Origin: Candidatus Poribacteria bacterium
Lineage (GTDB): Bacteria > Poribacteria > WGA-4E > UBA9662
Reading direction: 5' to 3'
Assembly (NCBI GenBank): GCA_046582655.1
Contig: JAYGDX010000384.1
Span: forward strand, 1 to 18,160
DNA length: 18,160 nt
Part shown: positions 9,401-17,828 of the stretch, piece by piece
Layout of the letters: every line of letters begins with the position of its first letter
Position numbering within the stretch: the stretch's first letter is position 1
The notes under the pieces: model-generated
Told to the model about the DNA's origin: nothing
The model's input: the letters and a program-made list of their open reading frames with translations, nothing else
The model's database searches: none
Position numbers and translations under genes: made by a program

Positions 9401-9922
9401 ATGAGGAAGTTTTTTTGGTTGCCGGTATTGGTTGTTTTGACGGAGTTGGTCTATGCCGAAGCAGAAGAAATAATGGTGAGAAATGGTAGAAGAATAATCC
9501 GCATAACGCCCGACATCTCCATCGATCCAAGCTTAATCAGCATGGACTTCGTCCAAGCTTCCGGCCCGGGCGGGCAAAACGTAAACAAGGTCGCAACGGC
9601 TGTCCAACTCCGATTCAATGCAGCCAAATGCTCTGTCCTCAGCGACGATGTCCGTGGGCGCCTGAAAAAGCTAGCTGGGCGAAGAATGACCACCGCCGGG
9701 GTGCTGGTAATAGATGCGCGGCGATTCGCCAACCAGAATCGGAACCGTGCCGACGCGATAGCAAGACTAGTAGATCTACTCCGCAAAGCTGCTGTTAAAC
9801 CCAAGCCTCGTCGACAGACCAAGCCAACCTTCGCCTCGAAGCAGCGTCGCCTAGAGTCCAAACGCCGCCGCGGTAAGACAAAAAAACTCCGTCGGTCTGT
9901 GCGGCGAGATGAACTTTCCTGA
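9401..9922 (+). CDS. arfB: Alternative ribosome rescue peptidyl-tRNA hydrolase ArfB (start uncertain: 9401 or 9473)
   Basis: SGPGGQNVNKVATAVQLRF GGQ motif, QNRNRADAIARL, and the basic tail KPRRQTKPTFASKQRRLESKRRRGKTKKLR. Confidence 0.93.
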   Translation: MRKFFWLPVLVVLTELVYAEAEEIMVRNGRRIIRITPDISIDPSLISMDFVQASGPGGQNVNKVATAVQLRFNAAKCSVLSDDVRGRLKKLAGRRMTTAGVLVIDARRFANQNRNRADAIARLVDLLRKAAVKPKPRRQTKPTFASKQRRLESKRRRGKTKKLRRSVRRDELS

Positions 9923-10162
9923 ATGCCCCAAACCCGCTTGTCCGTACCGAACACAATAAGGATTGTAGGATTATTCATTGATACCCGCGCAATAGATAAA
10001 TCACGTATAGGATAATCAGGTAAGTACATAACAACAAAAGATTCTACCAGTGTTCGTTCCATCTATACCAGACTATACTCGTCTGCATGGTGGGATGTAA
10101 TGCTACGCTGCGCTGTTTTAGCATCTGATCTTTTGCGCTGGAAAATTATCCGATGCTTTGTA

Positions 10163-10196
10163 TATACTGCCGTGGCGATCCCAACACGGCGGTATA
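10163..10196. repeat. 12-bp imperfect inverted repeat, candidate att site
   Basis: TATACTGCCGTG-N10-CACGGCGGTATA (one mismatch), about 35 nt downstream of the recombinase-like relic. Confidence 0.5.
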
Positions 10197-10230
10197 GGCC
10201 CCCTTTGATCACCTTTGCTGTAGTTTTATA

Positions 10231-10362
10231 TCAGTTTCTGATTCTGTACTTCATCTCCATCCTGGCATCCGGATAGGTCACAATCTCTTCGATTAAAGTA
10301 TGTAAGGCAACTTTCCGGGTTTCTTCCCTTAGTAGCTCTAACCTCATCAGATTGCGTTGAGC
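10231..10362 (-). pseudogene. Relic resembling the C-terminus of a large serine recombinase
   Basis: ...LLREETRKVALHTLIEEIVTYPDARMEMKYRIRN* resembles the typical EExRxxLxxLIexIxVxxDxxIEIxY ending. No catalytic domain is visible. Confidence 0.45.
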
Positions 10363-10572
10363 TTATAGGCAAAAAACAAAAAAAGGTAACCGTAAGCATA
10401 CTTCTATGAATACAAATCTACAGAACACAAGACAGAAATAGTTACTGGGTTAAAATTCAAGATTTATACATACCAATTTATTTTTTTATATCCACTTTCC
10501 CTCTATAGTTTATACTATACTTATACTTTATCTGTAACAAACCAGAGAAAATTACAGGAAGAGGAGACTGCG

Positions 10573-11323
10573 ATGAAATTCTGTGTGATGATTTTAACTT
10601 CAGTTCTGATTTTGGTTAATTTGTCAGATGCTGCCCTTGATGATGGCATCGTTCTTTATCTGACCTTCGATGATGTTGATGGGAAAAAGATCAAAGATCA
10701 ATCGAAGAATGGTCATGATGCTGAAATTATTGCCAACACTAAGTTGGTGAATGGCCAAATTGGCAAAGCAATCGAAATTACCGCTGAAGGACAAGATTGT
10801 GTTAACGTTCCTGCTGCTGACGCATTGAAAATTAAGGATCAACCTACGATGATGGCTTGGGTATATCAAAAATCTTGGGCGGCATCGCCTGCACAATGGT
10901 TTGGTAAAAACTGTCACAATAGTGGTGAGAAGAACAGTTATGGTATCGGCGTCTTTGGTGAGAATATTTTAACGCTGCTGGGCGCTACAGATAGCAGAAA
11001 AAATCACGAAGTTCCGAACAAAATGGCATCATATCGTAGGAACTTATGATGGCAAGACAAAGAGAGTCTACCTCGATGGTGCACTACTTAATGAACAAGG
11101 TGAAAAGTTTAAGTTTGCCGGAACAAATGATAAAGATCTTCGTCTCGGATGTTCTAAGGATCGGCCACAGTACACACACGATGGTGGGATGATAGATGAA
11201 GCTGCTGTTTGGCGTCGCGCCCTTAGTCCTGACGAAATCAAAATGGTAATGAAAGGTGATATGCTGGCAGTTTTTTCTGAAGACATACTAGCTATAACAT
11301 GGGGTTCCATCAAAATCAGGTGA
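10573..11323 (+). pseudogene. Secreted LamG / concanavalin-A-like domain protein, frameshifted
   Basis: GAGGAG RBS, signal peptide, and LYLTFDD..KDQSKNGHD. After a frameshift at ~11020-11023 it continues KWHHIVGTYDG..VYLDG...IDEAAVWRRALSPDEI...LAVFSEDILAITWGSIKIR* (TGA 11321-11323). Confidence 0.88.
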
Positions 11324-11350
11324 TATCCTGACCATGCCTTTTTGTTAAAT

Positions 11351-11407
11351 GGCTAACTGACAAATTTTAGGGAATGGTGTATTCCTTACTTGTCAAGACA
11401 GTTAGCC
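11351..11407. repeat. Long imperfect hairpin downstream of the LamG gene
   Basis: Nested arms GGCTAACTG/CAGTTAGCC (9 bp perfect), GACAA/TTGTC and GGAAT/ATTCC. Confidence 0.6.
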
Positions 11408-11552
11408 TATTGACGTAAGAGGTCGATTATTGTCTTAACAGATCTCGTTTGTGTTGGTAGAGGTACACTTGTAAAGATATACTCAATTTTGGTTTGGAAA
11501 TGAATTCTTTATTTGATGCCACTAACTTGAATTAGTCTGACTCAGGCTTGAA

Positions 11553-12692
11553 TTGAAATCAATCATAATAATCGCTCTTTATTACTTTGTCCCTATCGTT
11601 CTTTGTTTGAGTTCTTTGACTTGTGGACGTGGTGATAATGCTAAACCAGTTATTGAGAAATTGATACTGCCTACAACAGTTCAACCAGGAGAGACAGCTG
11701 TTTTTAAAGTGGTTGCGCTTGACCCCGATGGGGATCAATTGACTTATATTTGGATGATAAATGGAGAAATCTCATCTACTAAGCTGTCAACAATGATCTG
11801 GGAAGTCCCCCAAATCTTAGCAGGTCGGAAAATAGATGTGGTTATCTCTGTGAGCGACAGTTTCAATGAACCTGTCGTGACAAAAAGTCCTCTAAAAATT
11901 CAAGCCTTCGACACACGACATCCGAAGAATATGGTACTTATTCCTGTTGGAGAGTTTGAAATGGGGACGGGCGCTGATCAAATACCCCAACTTCTTCGGT
12001 CAGCAAAACAATATTTTCCCGATGCAGAAGCAAGCTGGTTCGAAAACGAAACCCCACGACATAAAGTTTGTCTGGATGCTTTTTATATGGATATTTATGA
12101 AGTATCCAATGCTCAATACAAGAAGTTTATTGACAAAACAGGATATCATCCACCTTTGTACTGGAACACATTTAATTTTGCACCCAATCATCCTGTGGTT
12201 GGCGTTAGTTGGCATGATGCTATGGCCTATGCTAAGTGGGCTGGTAAACGATTACCAACCGAAGCAGAGTGGGAATATGCGGCACGTGGTGGATTAGTTG
12301 GCAAGAAATACCCATGGGGTGATGCTGAAGCTGATGGGAAACGAGCAAATTTTGCCGATAAAACCATCAACTTAAATTGGTCAAATAAAAACGTTAGCGA
12401 TGGATATAAATACACCGCCTCTATTGGAGCTTTTCCTCCTAACGATTATGGATTGTATGATATGGCAGGCAACGTGTTTGAATGGTGTTTTGACTGGCAT
12501 GATGCAGGTTACTATGCAAAATCGCCAGAGTACAATCCAACAGGTCCGATATCAGGTACCATGCGTGTCATACGAGGTAGTTCCTGGAGTTATCCTCCAA
12601 CTCGTATGCGAGTTTCTCGTCGTATTGAAAAGCATCCAACCAGTATGCTTGATTACGTTGGTTTTCGCTGTATCAAAAATGTTGTACCTTAG
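11553..12692 (+). CDS. Formylglycine-generating enzyme (SUMF1 / FGE-sulfatase) domain protein with an N-terminal Ig-like domain, probable lipoprotein
   Basis: Hydrophobic leader ending SLTC; DPDGDQLTYIW; MVLIPVGEFEMG, HPVVGVSWHDA, RLPTEAEWEYAARGG, GLYDMAGNVFEW and VGFRC. Confidence 0.9.
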   Translation: MKSIIIIALYYFVPIVLCLSSLTCGRGDNAKPVIEKLILPTTVQPGETAVFKVVALDPDGDQLTYIWMINGEISSTKLSTMIWEVPQILAGRKIDVVISVSDSFNEPVVTKSPLKIQAFDTRHPKNMVLIPVGEFEMGTGADQIPQLLRSAKQYFPDAEASWFENETPRHKVCLDAFYMDIYEVSNAQYKKFIDKTGYHPPLYWNTFNFAPNHPVVGVSWHDAMAYAKWAGKRLPTEAEWEYAARGGLVGKKYPWGDAEADGKRANFADKTINLNWSNKNVSDGYKYTASIGAFPPNDYGLYDMAGNVFEWCFDWHDAGYYAKSPEYNPTGPISGTMRVIRGSSWSYPPTRMRVSRRIEKHPTSMLDYVGFRCIKNVVP

Positions 12693-12921
12693 TCTTCTCG
12701 TCACTTCTGTATAAACACAATGGCAAGGTGCCAAAGCCCTGCCAACACCCATGGGGACATCAATTTAGGGCCTAGAGTAGCTCCTTAAAAGCCTGAACAC
12801 ACAACGCATGACAAAGTTTGTGTTATCGGTCGTAACTTGGGTTAGGTTAAGAAAAACAGAAATAGCAGCAACTCCCATTAATACCTTCGTAATTTGTATC
12901 AACGATCACGGTTTTTTGACC

Positions 12922-12980
12922 TCCTAATGCTGTGGTTGAGCAGGTGGTTTATCGCATCCACTCCAACCACAGCGTTAGGT
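12922..12980 (-). mobile_element. Integron attC site (59 bp)
   Basis: Minus strand reads ACCTAAC (R'') GCTGT GGTTGGAG (L'', one extra base) ... CTCAACC (L') ACAGC ATTAGGA (R' with G>A). It starts 11 nt after the stop of the upstream gene. Confidence 0.75.
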
Positions 12981-12991
12981 ATTCTACTGAT

Positions 12992-13400
12992 TTAGTCAGT
13001 TTTCCTTTCGACAAATCGATAACTCGCATGTGTATCGTAATTGATTTCATGTTTCTCTTTCAATTCTTAAATATAGGCTAAAGTTTTCTGGGTATGTGGA
13101 CTCGCTACTCCACCTTCAAGCATTTTTCAAAACTGTGGAGCACAGTTTCTTCCAGCATTTCTCCAATCTTCATATTCTTATGGACAGCCAAATCTTCCAT
13201 CAGCGCCAAGAGCCGCTTTTCAATCCATGCTGTTACAGAAACCCTGTCGATTTCCATCTGTGGCTCCCAGGCTGGTATACTCTGACCAAAGCGGATGATG
13301 TGACCACTGGGGTCACGGACATGGATTTCTCTGCAACCCCACGGTTCATCCTCTGGACCATACACTACCTCTTCATGAACCTCATCATCTTCTTCATCCC
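12992..13400 (-). pseudogene. 5'-truncated VOC-family gene with a C-terminal extension
   Basis: PEDEPWGCREIHVRDPSGHIIRFGQ is a VOC second half. After a frameshift at the A5 run (13123-13127) it continues EGGVASPHTQKTLAYI*ELKEKHEINYDTHASYRFVERKTD*, with an internal TAA at 13067-13069. Confidence 0.75.
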
Positions 13401-13450
13401 TTACTTTTTGGTTTATCATTGGTCTGGCTAAAGTTTTATAGTTTTTGGTC

Positions 13451-14782
13451 TCAACCAACACCTAAATCCTTGGCCACTTGCCCTTTTGATGCCGGTTTGG
13501 CAACCGTGCCATCTGGATGCTCGTACCATCCCGGATCTGCGTAACTTTTGAGTTGCTCGCGTACCTTCAAGATAGTGAACATTCCTCCCATGGTAATGTA
13601 ATCAAATGGGCCGTGCGCACCAACCATCGGCAGGCTATTCTTCGGCACCGCCATGTGACCCGACTCTACATGGATACCCATATCACCCATCCCGCTCTCT
13701 CCCATGGCCATATACCCGGGCAACAAACGACGAATTTGACGGTCTGTAACTCCTCTTTTCATGCCAACTACGTTGGGAAAATCGTGTCCCATCTGGTTCA
13801 TCACATGGTGGGTCATATGACAGTGCATGGCCCAATCACCAGGTTCACTGGCAATGAATTCAATGTCACGAGTACTTCCAACCGGGACCAAGACAGTTGT
13901 TTCCGGCCATTGTGCGGATACGGCGATTCGTCCCCCATCCGTTGCCGTGACTTTAAAATAGTGCCCGTGAAGGTGAATCGGATGATGATCCATCGCGCTG
14001 AGGTTGCCTAGGCGAATGCGGACACGATCACCTAACTTGGCCACTAACGACTCTGTACCCGGGTAACACCTGGCATTCATGGTCAGCAAATTAAAGTCCG
14101 TCATCTCGTTTGGGTTGGGCCGGAAAGTCCCAGGGTCTACCCGCCATTCGCTCAGCATGATGGCGAAATCCCGATCCACACCGTAATCCGGCGTGGGCTT
14201 TCGGGGATGGAATACAATCATCCCCATCAAGCCCATGGCCATCTGCGTCATTTCGTCGTGGTGCGAATGGTACATGAAGGTGCCGGACTGACGCACCGTC
14301 CACTCGTATTTGAACGTTTCACCGGATTGGATAGCCCGTTGGTTCAGTCCCCCGACACCGTCCATCCCATTAGGAAGAAATACGCCATGCCAATGGACTG
14401 TAGTTGGCGCATCAATGTTATTGGTCACGTAGACGCGTAAGCGGTCACCTTCTACAGCCTCAATCGTTGGTCCATGAACGTGGCCGTTATACCCCCAGCA
14501 CTTGGCCTTCAATCCAGGCGCAAATTCATGCCAAAGTTCCTCTACGGTCATATGGTAGATTTTTACCCCGTCGACGATCTTCCATGGCAAGGTCACATTA
14601 TTTGGCGTAATAACCGGTTGATAGTCTTTGTTCGGTAATCCAGGGGCTAAGGCGGGTTGGTTCCGATCACCAGCATATGATTGATGCCAATGTTCCTGCT
14701 TGCTTTGAGCTTGGGCATTAATGTCCAGAGCAGCTGTGCCTCCGACCAAGGCACTGGCCTTGATCAGGTCTCGTCGTTTCAT
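13451..14782 (-). CDS. Tat-exported multicopper oxidase (copper-resistance CopA-like)
   Basis: MKRRDLIK Tat signal; copper ligand motifs HWHG, HSH, HPIHLHGH and HCHMTHHVM; Met-rich C-terminal part. Confidence 0.95.
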   Translation of the reverse strand: MKRRDLIKASALVGGTAALDINAQAQSKQEHWHQSYAGDRNQPALAPGLPNKDYQPVITPNNVTLPWKIVDGVKIYHMTVEELWHEFAPGLKAKCWGYNGHVHGPTIEAVEGDRLRVYVTNNIDAPTTVHWHGVFLPNGMDGVGGLNQRAIQSGETFKYEWTVRQSGTFMYHSHHDEMTQMAMGLMGMIVFHPRKPTPDYGVDRDFAIMLSEWRVDPGTFRPNPNEMTDFNLLTMNARCYPGTESLVAKLGDRVRIRLGNLSAMDHHPIHLHGHYFKVTATDGGRIAVSAQWPETTVLVPVGSTRDIEFIASEPGDWAMHCHMTHHVMNQMGHDFPNVVGMKRGVTDRQIRRLLPGYMAMGESGMGDMGIHVESGHMAVPKNSLPMVGAHGPFDYITMGGMFTILKVREQLKSYADPGWYEHPDGTVAKPASKGQVAKDLGVG

Positions 14783-14783
14783 T

Positions 14784-16256
14784 CTAGTGTCCTCCGTGTT
14801 TCAATATTGTTGGTGAAGCCACTCCACGTTCCAGCAAGGCATTTGTGGTTTCCAAGGTGGGCAGTCTCCCGTATAAAATTTGTTGCATTTCTGACCGAGC
14901 AACTTGGTAATTGTAGTATGCCTGAATGTACGAACGTCTTATTTTCACTTCCTGCTGCTTGGTTTGCAGCAAGCGAATTGCGCCTATCTGCATGGCGTTA
15001 TACTGGAGTTGCATTTCCTGTAAGATCTTTTCATGCGTAGGTATGAGTTGCTCCTGATAAAACTGCACTGTTCTCCGGGCACTGAGTAACCTGTTTCTGA
15101 TAGTACGCGAGATTGACCTGATATCCACTGCCAGGGAATAATGGGCTTGCCCTAAAGCTTTTAAGGTCGACTGAAGGCGGGCTTTGTCACCTTGTCTGCG
15201 GTTAAAAATCGGCAGACCAAATCCAAATTCCGGGCCGACTTTCTGGTGTCCTTCATCCTGTTCAAATTCCAGTCCAACATCAAATGCAGGAAAGATGGCA
15301 CTGCTTTTGGTCAACCCCAGTTTTTTGCGAACTGCAATCATATCTTGCTTCAGCAGCCCAAGATCAATACTGTTCGACACGGCGGTTTGCTCCAGATGTT
15401 CCAACGGCGCTGATTCCTCGGGGATCGTAATCGGTGTGTCGGCAATCGTCCATTCAACTTGTCCTCCCCACAGACCCAGATAACGATTCAACTGCTCCTG
15501 GCTGTTTGAGAGATCTATTTCAGACTGCGACAGGGAAAGTTTGGCTCGGTCATATGCCGAGGCGTGCAAAAGCAGATCGAGTTCAGGAATATTACCGGCT
15601 TGATATAAATTCTGGGAAAAATCGTATGCCGCCTTCGCAGCCAAAACGATCTGCCGAGTTATCTTAACCAGGCGTTGGTTTGCCTGCAGGCGGTAGAATG
15701 CGCACTGCGCCTGGATGATCAGATCAATGATTTCGGCCTTAATTCGCAATCTGGATTTTTCTACGTCAGCCCGCTGTATCGACGTTCGCAGCGGACTCAA
15801 AAGGATCGCGACTAAATCCATTTCAACAGACAAAGTGTGTCCTACCTTCCCTGAATCGGCATCACCCAGCGGAAAATGAGTAGAAGCATGCAAAGACGGA
15901 TTGGGTAAAAGTCCAACTTCGACCAAGTTGGCTTGAGCGATACCCAACTGCTCAAATCCAGATTGGAGGCGACGATTATTCAATAGTGCCAACTGTACGG
16001 CCCGGTTAACTGTTAGCGGTTGAGACAAGAAACTTTGAAGCTGGGGTGCGGATAAAACACCCCATTTAACTTGATAATTTGTCTGCTGTTTAACATCTTG
16101 GCTGACAGTCGCAAAACTTTCCATTGGAGAGAAGTTTGCACAGCCGGTAAAAACAAGGGCCGCGAGCAAGAGGGCAAGTGGTGCGTAAATCCAATAGGAA
16201 GTCCACACCTTGCAAACGCGCAAGGTGCCGGGAGCGGCACCTGTTAGTTCATTCAT
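14784..16256 (-). CDS. TolC-family outer membrane protein of the type linked to copper oxidases
   Basis: Lipobox FTGC, AVQLALLNNRRLQ, LLPNPSL, LPIFNRRQGDKAR and QYNAMQIG; AGGAGG RBS; ends 1 nt before the oxidase start. Confidence 0.92.
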   Translation of the reverse strand: MNELTGAAPGTLRVCKVWTSYWIYAPLALLLAALVFTGCANFSPMESFATVSQDVKQQTNYQVKWGVLSAPQLQSFLSQPLTVNRAVQLALLNNRRLQSGFEQLGIAQANLVEVGLLPNPSLHASTHFPLGDADSGKVGHTLSVEMDLVAILLSPLRTSIQRADVEKSRLRIKAEIIDLIIQAQCAFYRLQANQRLVKITRQIVLAAKAAYDFSQNLYQAGNIPELDLLLHASAYDRAKLSLSQSEIDLSNSQEQLNRYLGLWGGQVEWTIADTPITIPEESAPLEHLEQTAVSNSIDLGLLKQDMIAVRKKLGLTKSSAIFPAFDVGLEFEQDEGHQKVGPEFGFGLPIFNRRQGDKARLQSTLKALGQAHYSLAVDIRSISRTIRNRLLSARRTVQFYQEQLIPTHEKILQEMQLQYNAMQIGAIRLLQTKQQEVKIRRSYIQAYYNYQVARSEMQQILYGRLPTLETTNALLERGVASPTILKHGGH

Positions 16257-16264
16257 AACTCCTC

Positions 16265-17098
16265 CTAATCATGTTGATGTTTCCGCTGTTCCGCACCAGC
16301 CTTTGATTCCCCACTCGAATGACCTCCATCATGGTGTCCAGGAGGATGCTGATTCGTTATGTTTTCTTTCCCATGAGTGTCTTTGCGCATCTCACCGACT
16401 TCGGAAGACGGTGTAACTGCCATGTTAAATTTTTCACGATGGCACATTAGCATGCTGGTGCCGAAGTACGGGTTTCTAGTTTCCTGGTCATCCTGCAGCC
16501 AGATTCCCTGTTCAGGCATGTCTTTCGCCATGCCGCAGACAAAACCATGGACCGGTTTTTCATAGTGGGTTGGAATACCTGTGACCTGAAGAAAATGAAT
16601 CCAAGCGTCGCTCAGGATTCCATAGGCGATCCTAGCAGCTTTGATGTCAGACAATTCGGCCAGTTCGTGCGCTTGGTCGTGTATTGTCTCTGCTATCAGC
16701 TGATGAGTATGCCAGAAGTGTGGCGCATCGCTCGGTGTTTCTTCTTCTAAGTGATGAAAGGTTTCGATGATCGTCTGTGCTTGCTCATTAAGATCACCCA
16801 GTCTGTCTTCTGCCAATTGATCGCCTATATCAAAGTAGGCGTTGAGCATCAGGCTGATGTCATCTTGCCTTCCCTCTGAGAATGCAGCCGTTATAATAAC
16901 GGTGTCCTCAATGTTCTCGTCATGATTTGAGGTCAGAGTGTTTATAGATGCTTGGTACTGCGTTGGAGTTGCATTATGATTGGCAGGATGATCCAATGAC
17001 AGTTCCATTTGGGAAAGATTCTTGGAGCATCCGCTGGTAAAATTCAACATAACAATAAGGAAAAAAAGTGAAATAGGCTGCGTGGTGAAATATCGCAT
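16265..17098 (-). CDS. His-rich DUF3347-like metal-binding lipoprotein
   Basis: Lipobox TSGC; DHPAN; YFDIGDQLAED; C-x-M...WLQ....RNPYFGTSMLMC signature; His-rich tail. Confidence 0.8.
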   Translation of the reverse strand: MRYFTTQPISLFFLIVMLNFTSGCSKNLSQMELSLDHPANHNATPTQYQASINTLTSNHDENIEDTVIITAAFSEGRQDDISLMLNAYFDIGDQLAEDRLGDLNEQAQTIIETFHHLEEETPSDAPHFWHTHQLIAETIHDQAHELAELSDIKAARIAYGILSDAWIHFLQVTGIPTHYEKPVHGFVCGMAKDMPEQGIWLQDDQETRNPYFGTSMLMCHREKFNMAVTPSSEVGEMRKDTHGKENITNQHPPGHHDGGHSSGESKAGAEQRKHQHD

Positions 17099-17172
17099 GA
17101 AAACCCCCGTTGAAATCCAACTACATTTGGAAATTGAAGATGAAATTAAGTAAGGTGTATGAAGAATAAAAC

Positions 17173-17607
17173 TTAAGAGAGGGAAATCGGAGGGGCTCGA
17201 GACAAGAAATGGCTAAGGGATAATTCTTTGCTTAGTGGAGGAATACATCTTAGGCGAAGAACGGAACAGGAGTTGACATTCAGGATCATTGGGTGTGTTG
17301 AAATAGATCCGGCAAAAGAGAGGTGGACTTTGGCAAATTGTACAGAAACTCGATACTCATTAATGTTGACGAATATTGGCTGAGTTAAACAACAACGTGC
17401 GTTGTCTTTCCCTTGATCCGCTTGCGGTATTTGCTGTGAATGACAGCAGTTTGAACTACTGCCCTGTTCCTGAGGCTGAGACCAAAGTGAACCGGCCGCC
17501 GGCACAAGACAACTTTTTGCAACTGAAACTGAACATAATACAGGACAGATAAAATGAACTGTCAATATTGTTAACAGGAGAAGAATACTAATGTTTTTGA
17601 ACTTCAT
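17173..17607 (-). CDS. Cys-rich exported leader protein with a C-terminal RAPP motif (DUF2946 / CutF / CruR-like)
   Basis: Signal or TM segment, CPVLC, CCH and CC motifs, and RAPP 4 codons before the stop. It is the first gene of the copper operon. Confidence 0.75.
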   Translation of the reverse strand: MKFKNISILLLLTILTVHFICPVLCSVSVAKSCLVPAAGSLWSQPQEQGSSSNCCHSQQIPQADQGKDNARCCLTQPIFVNINEYRVSVQFAKVHLSFAGSISTHPMILNVNSCSVLRLRCIPPLSKELSLSHFLSRAPPISLS

Positions 17608-17828
17608 CTTTTCGGAAATCCATACTTTTTACTTCAGATAATGCAGATTCGAGTTTCGCACAATTATACCTGCTTTTGAGTACAGAAAACAATAGTAAAG
17701 ATTTTAATACCAGAATTATCAATAAGTGAAGAGCAACGAATAGAATATTCTTAATCAAATTAACGTTTTTCACCAGCATGAAAAATAAATTCTTTTGAGC
17801 GTTGGCAGAAGGTATCAATTCTGCTAGA

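Noticed and set aside
9451..10062. 203-aa minus-strand ORF
   Set aside because: Mostly the antisense shadow of arfB; no recognisable motif.
13517..16750. Numerous plus-strand ORFs within the copper operon
   Set aside because: Antisense shadows of well-supported minus-strand genes.
9401..17607. Functional link between ArfB and the RAPP stalling peptide
   Set aside because: They are 7 kb apart, on opposite strands, and separated by unrelated relics; nothing in the sequence supports coupling.
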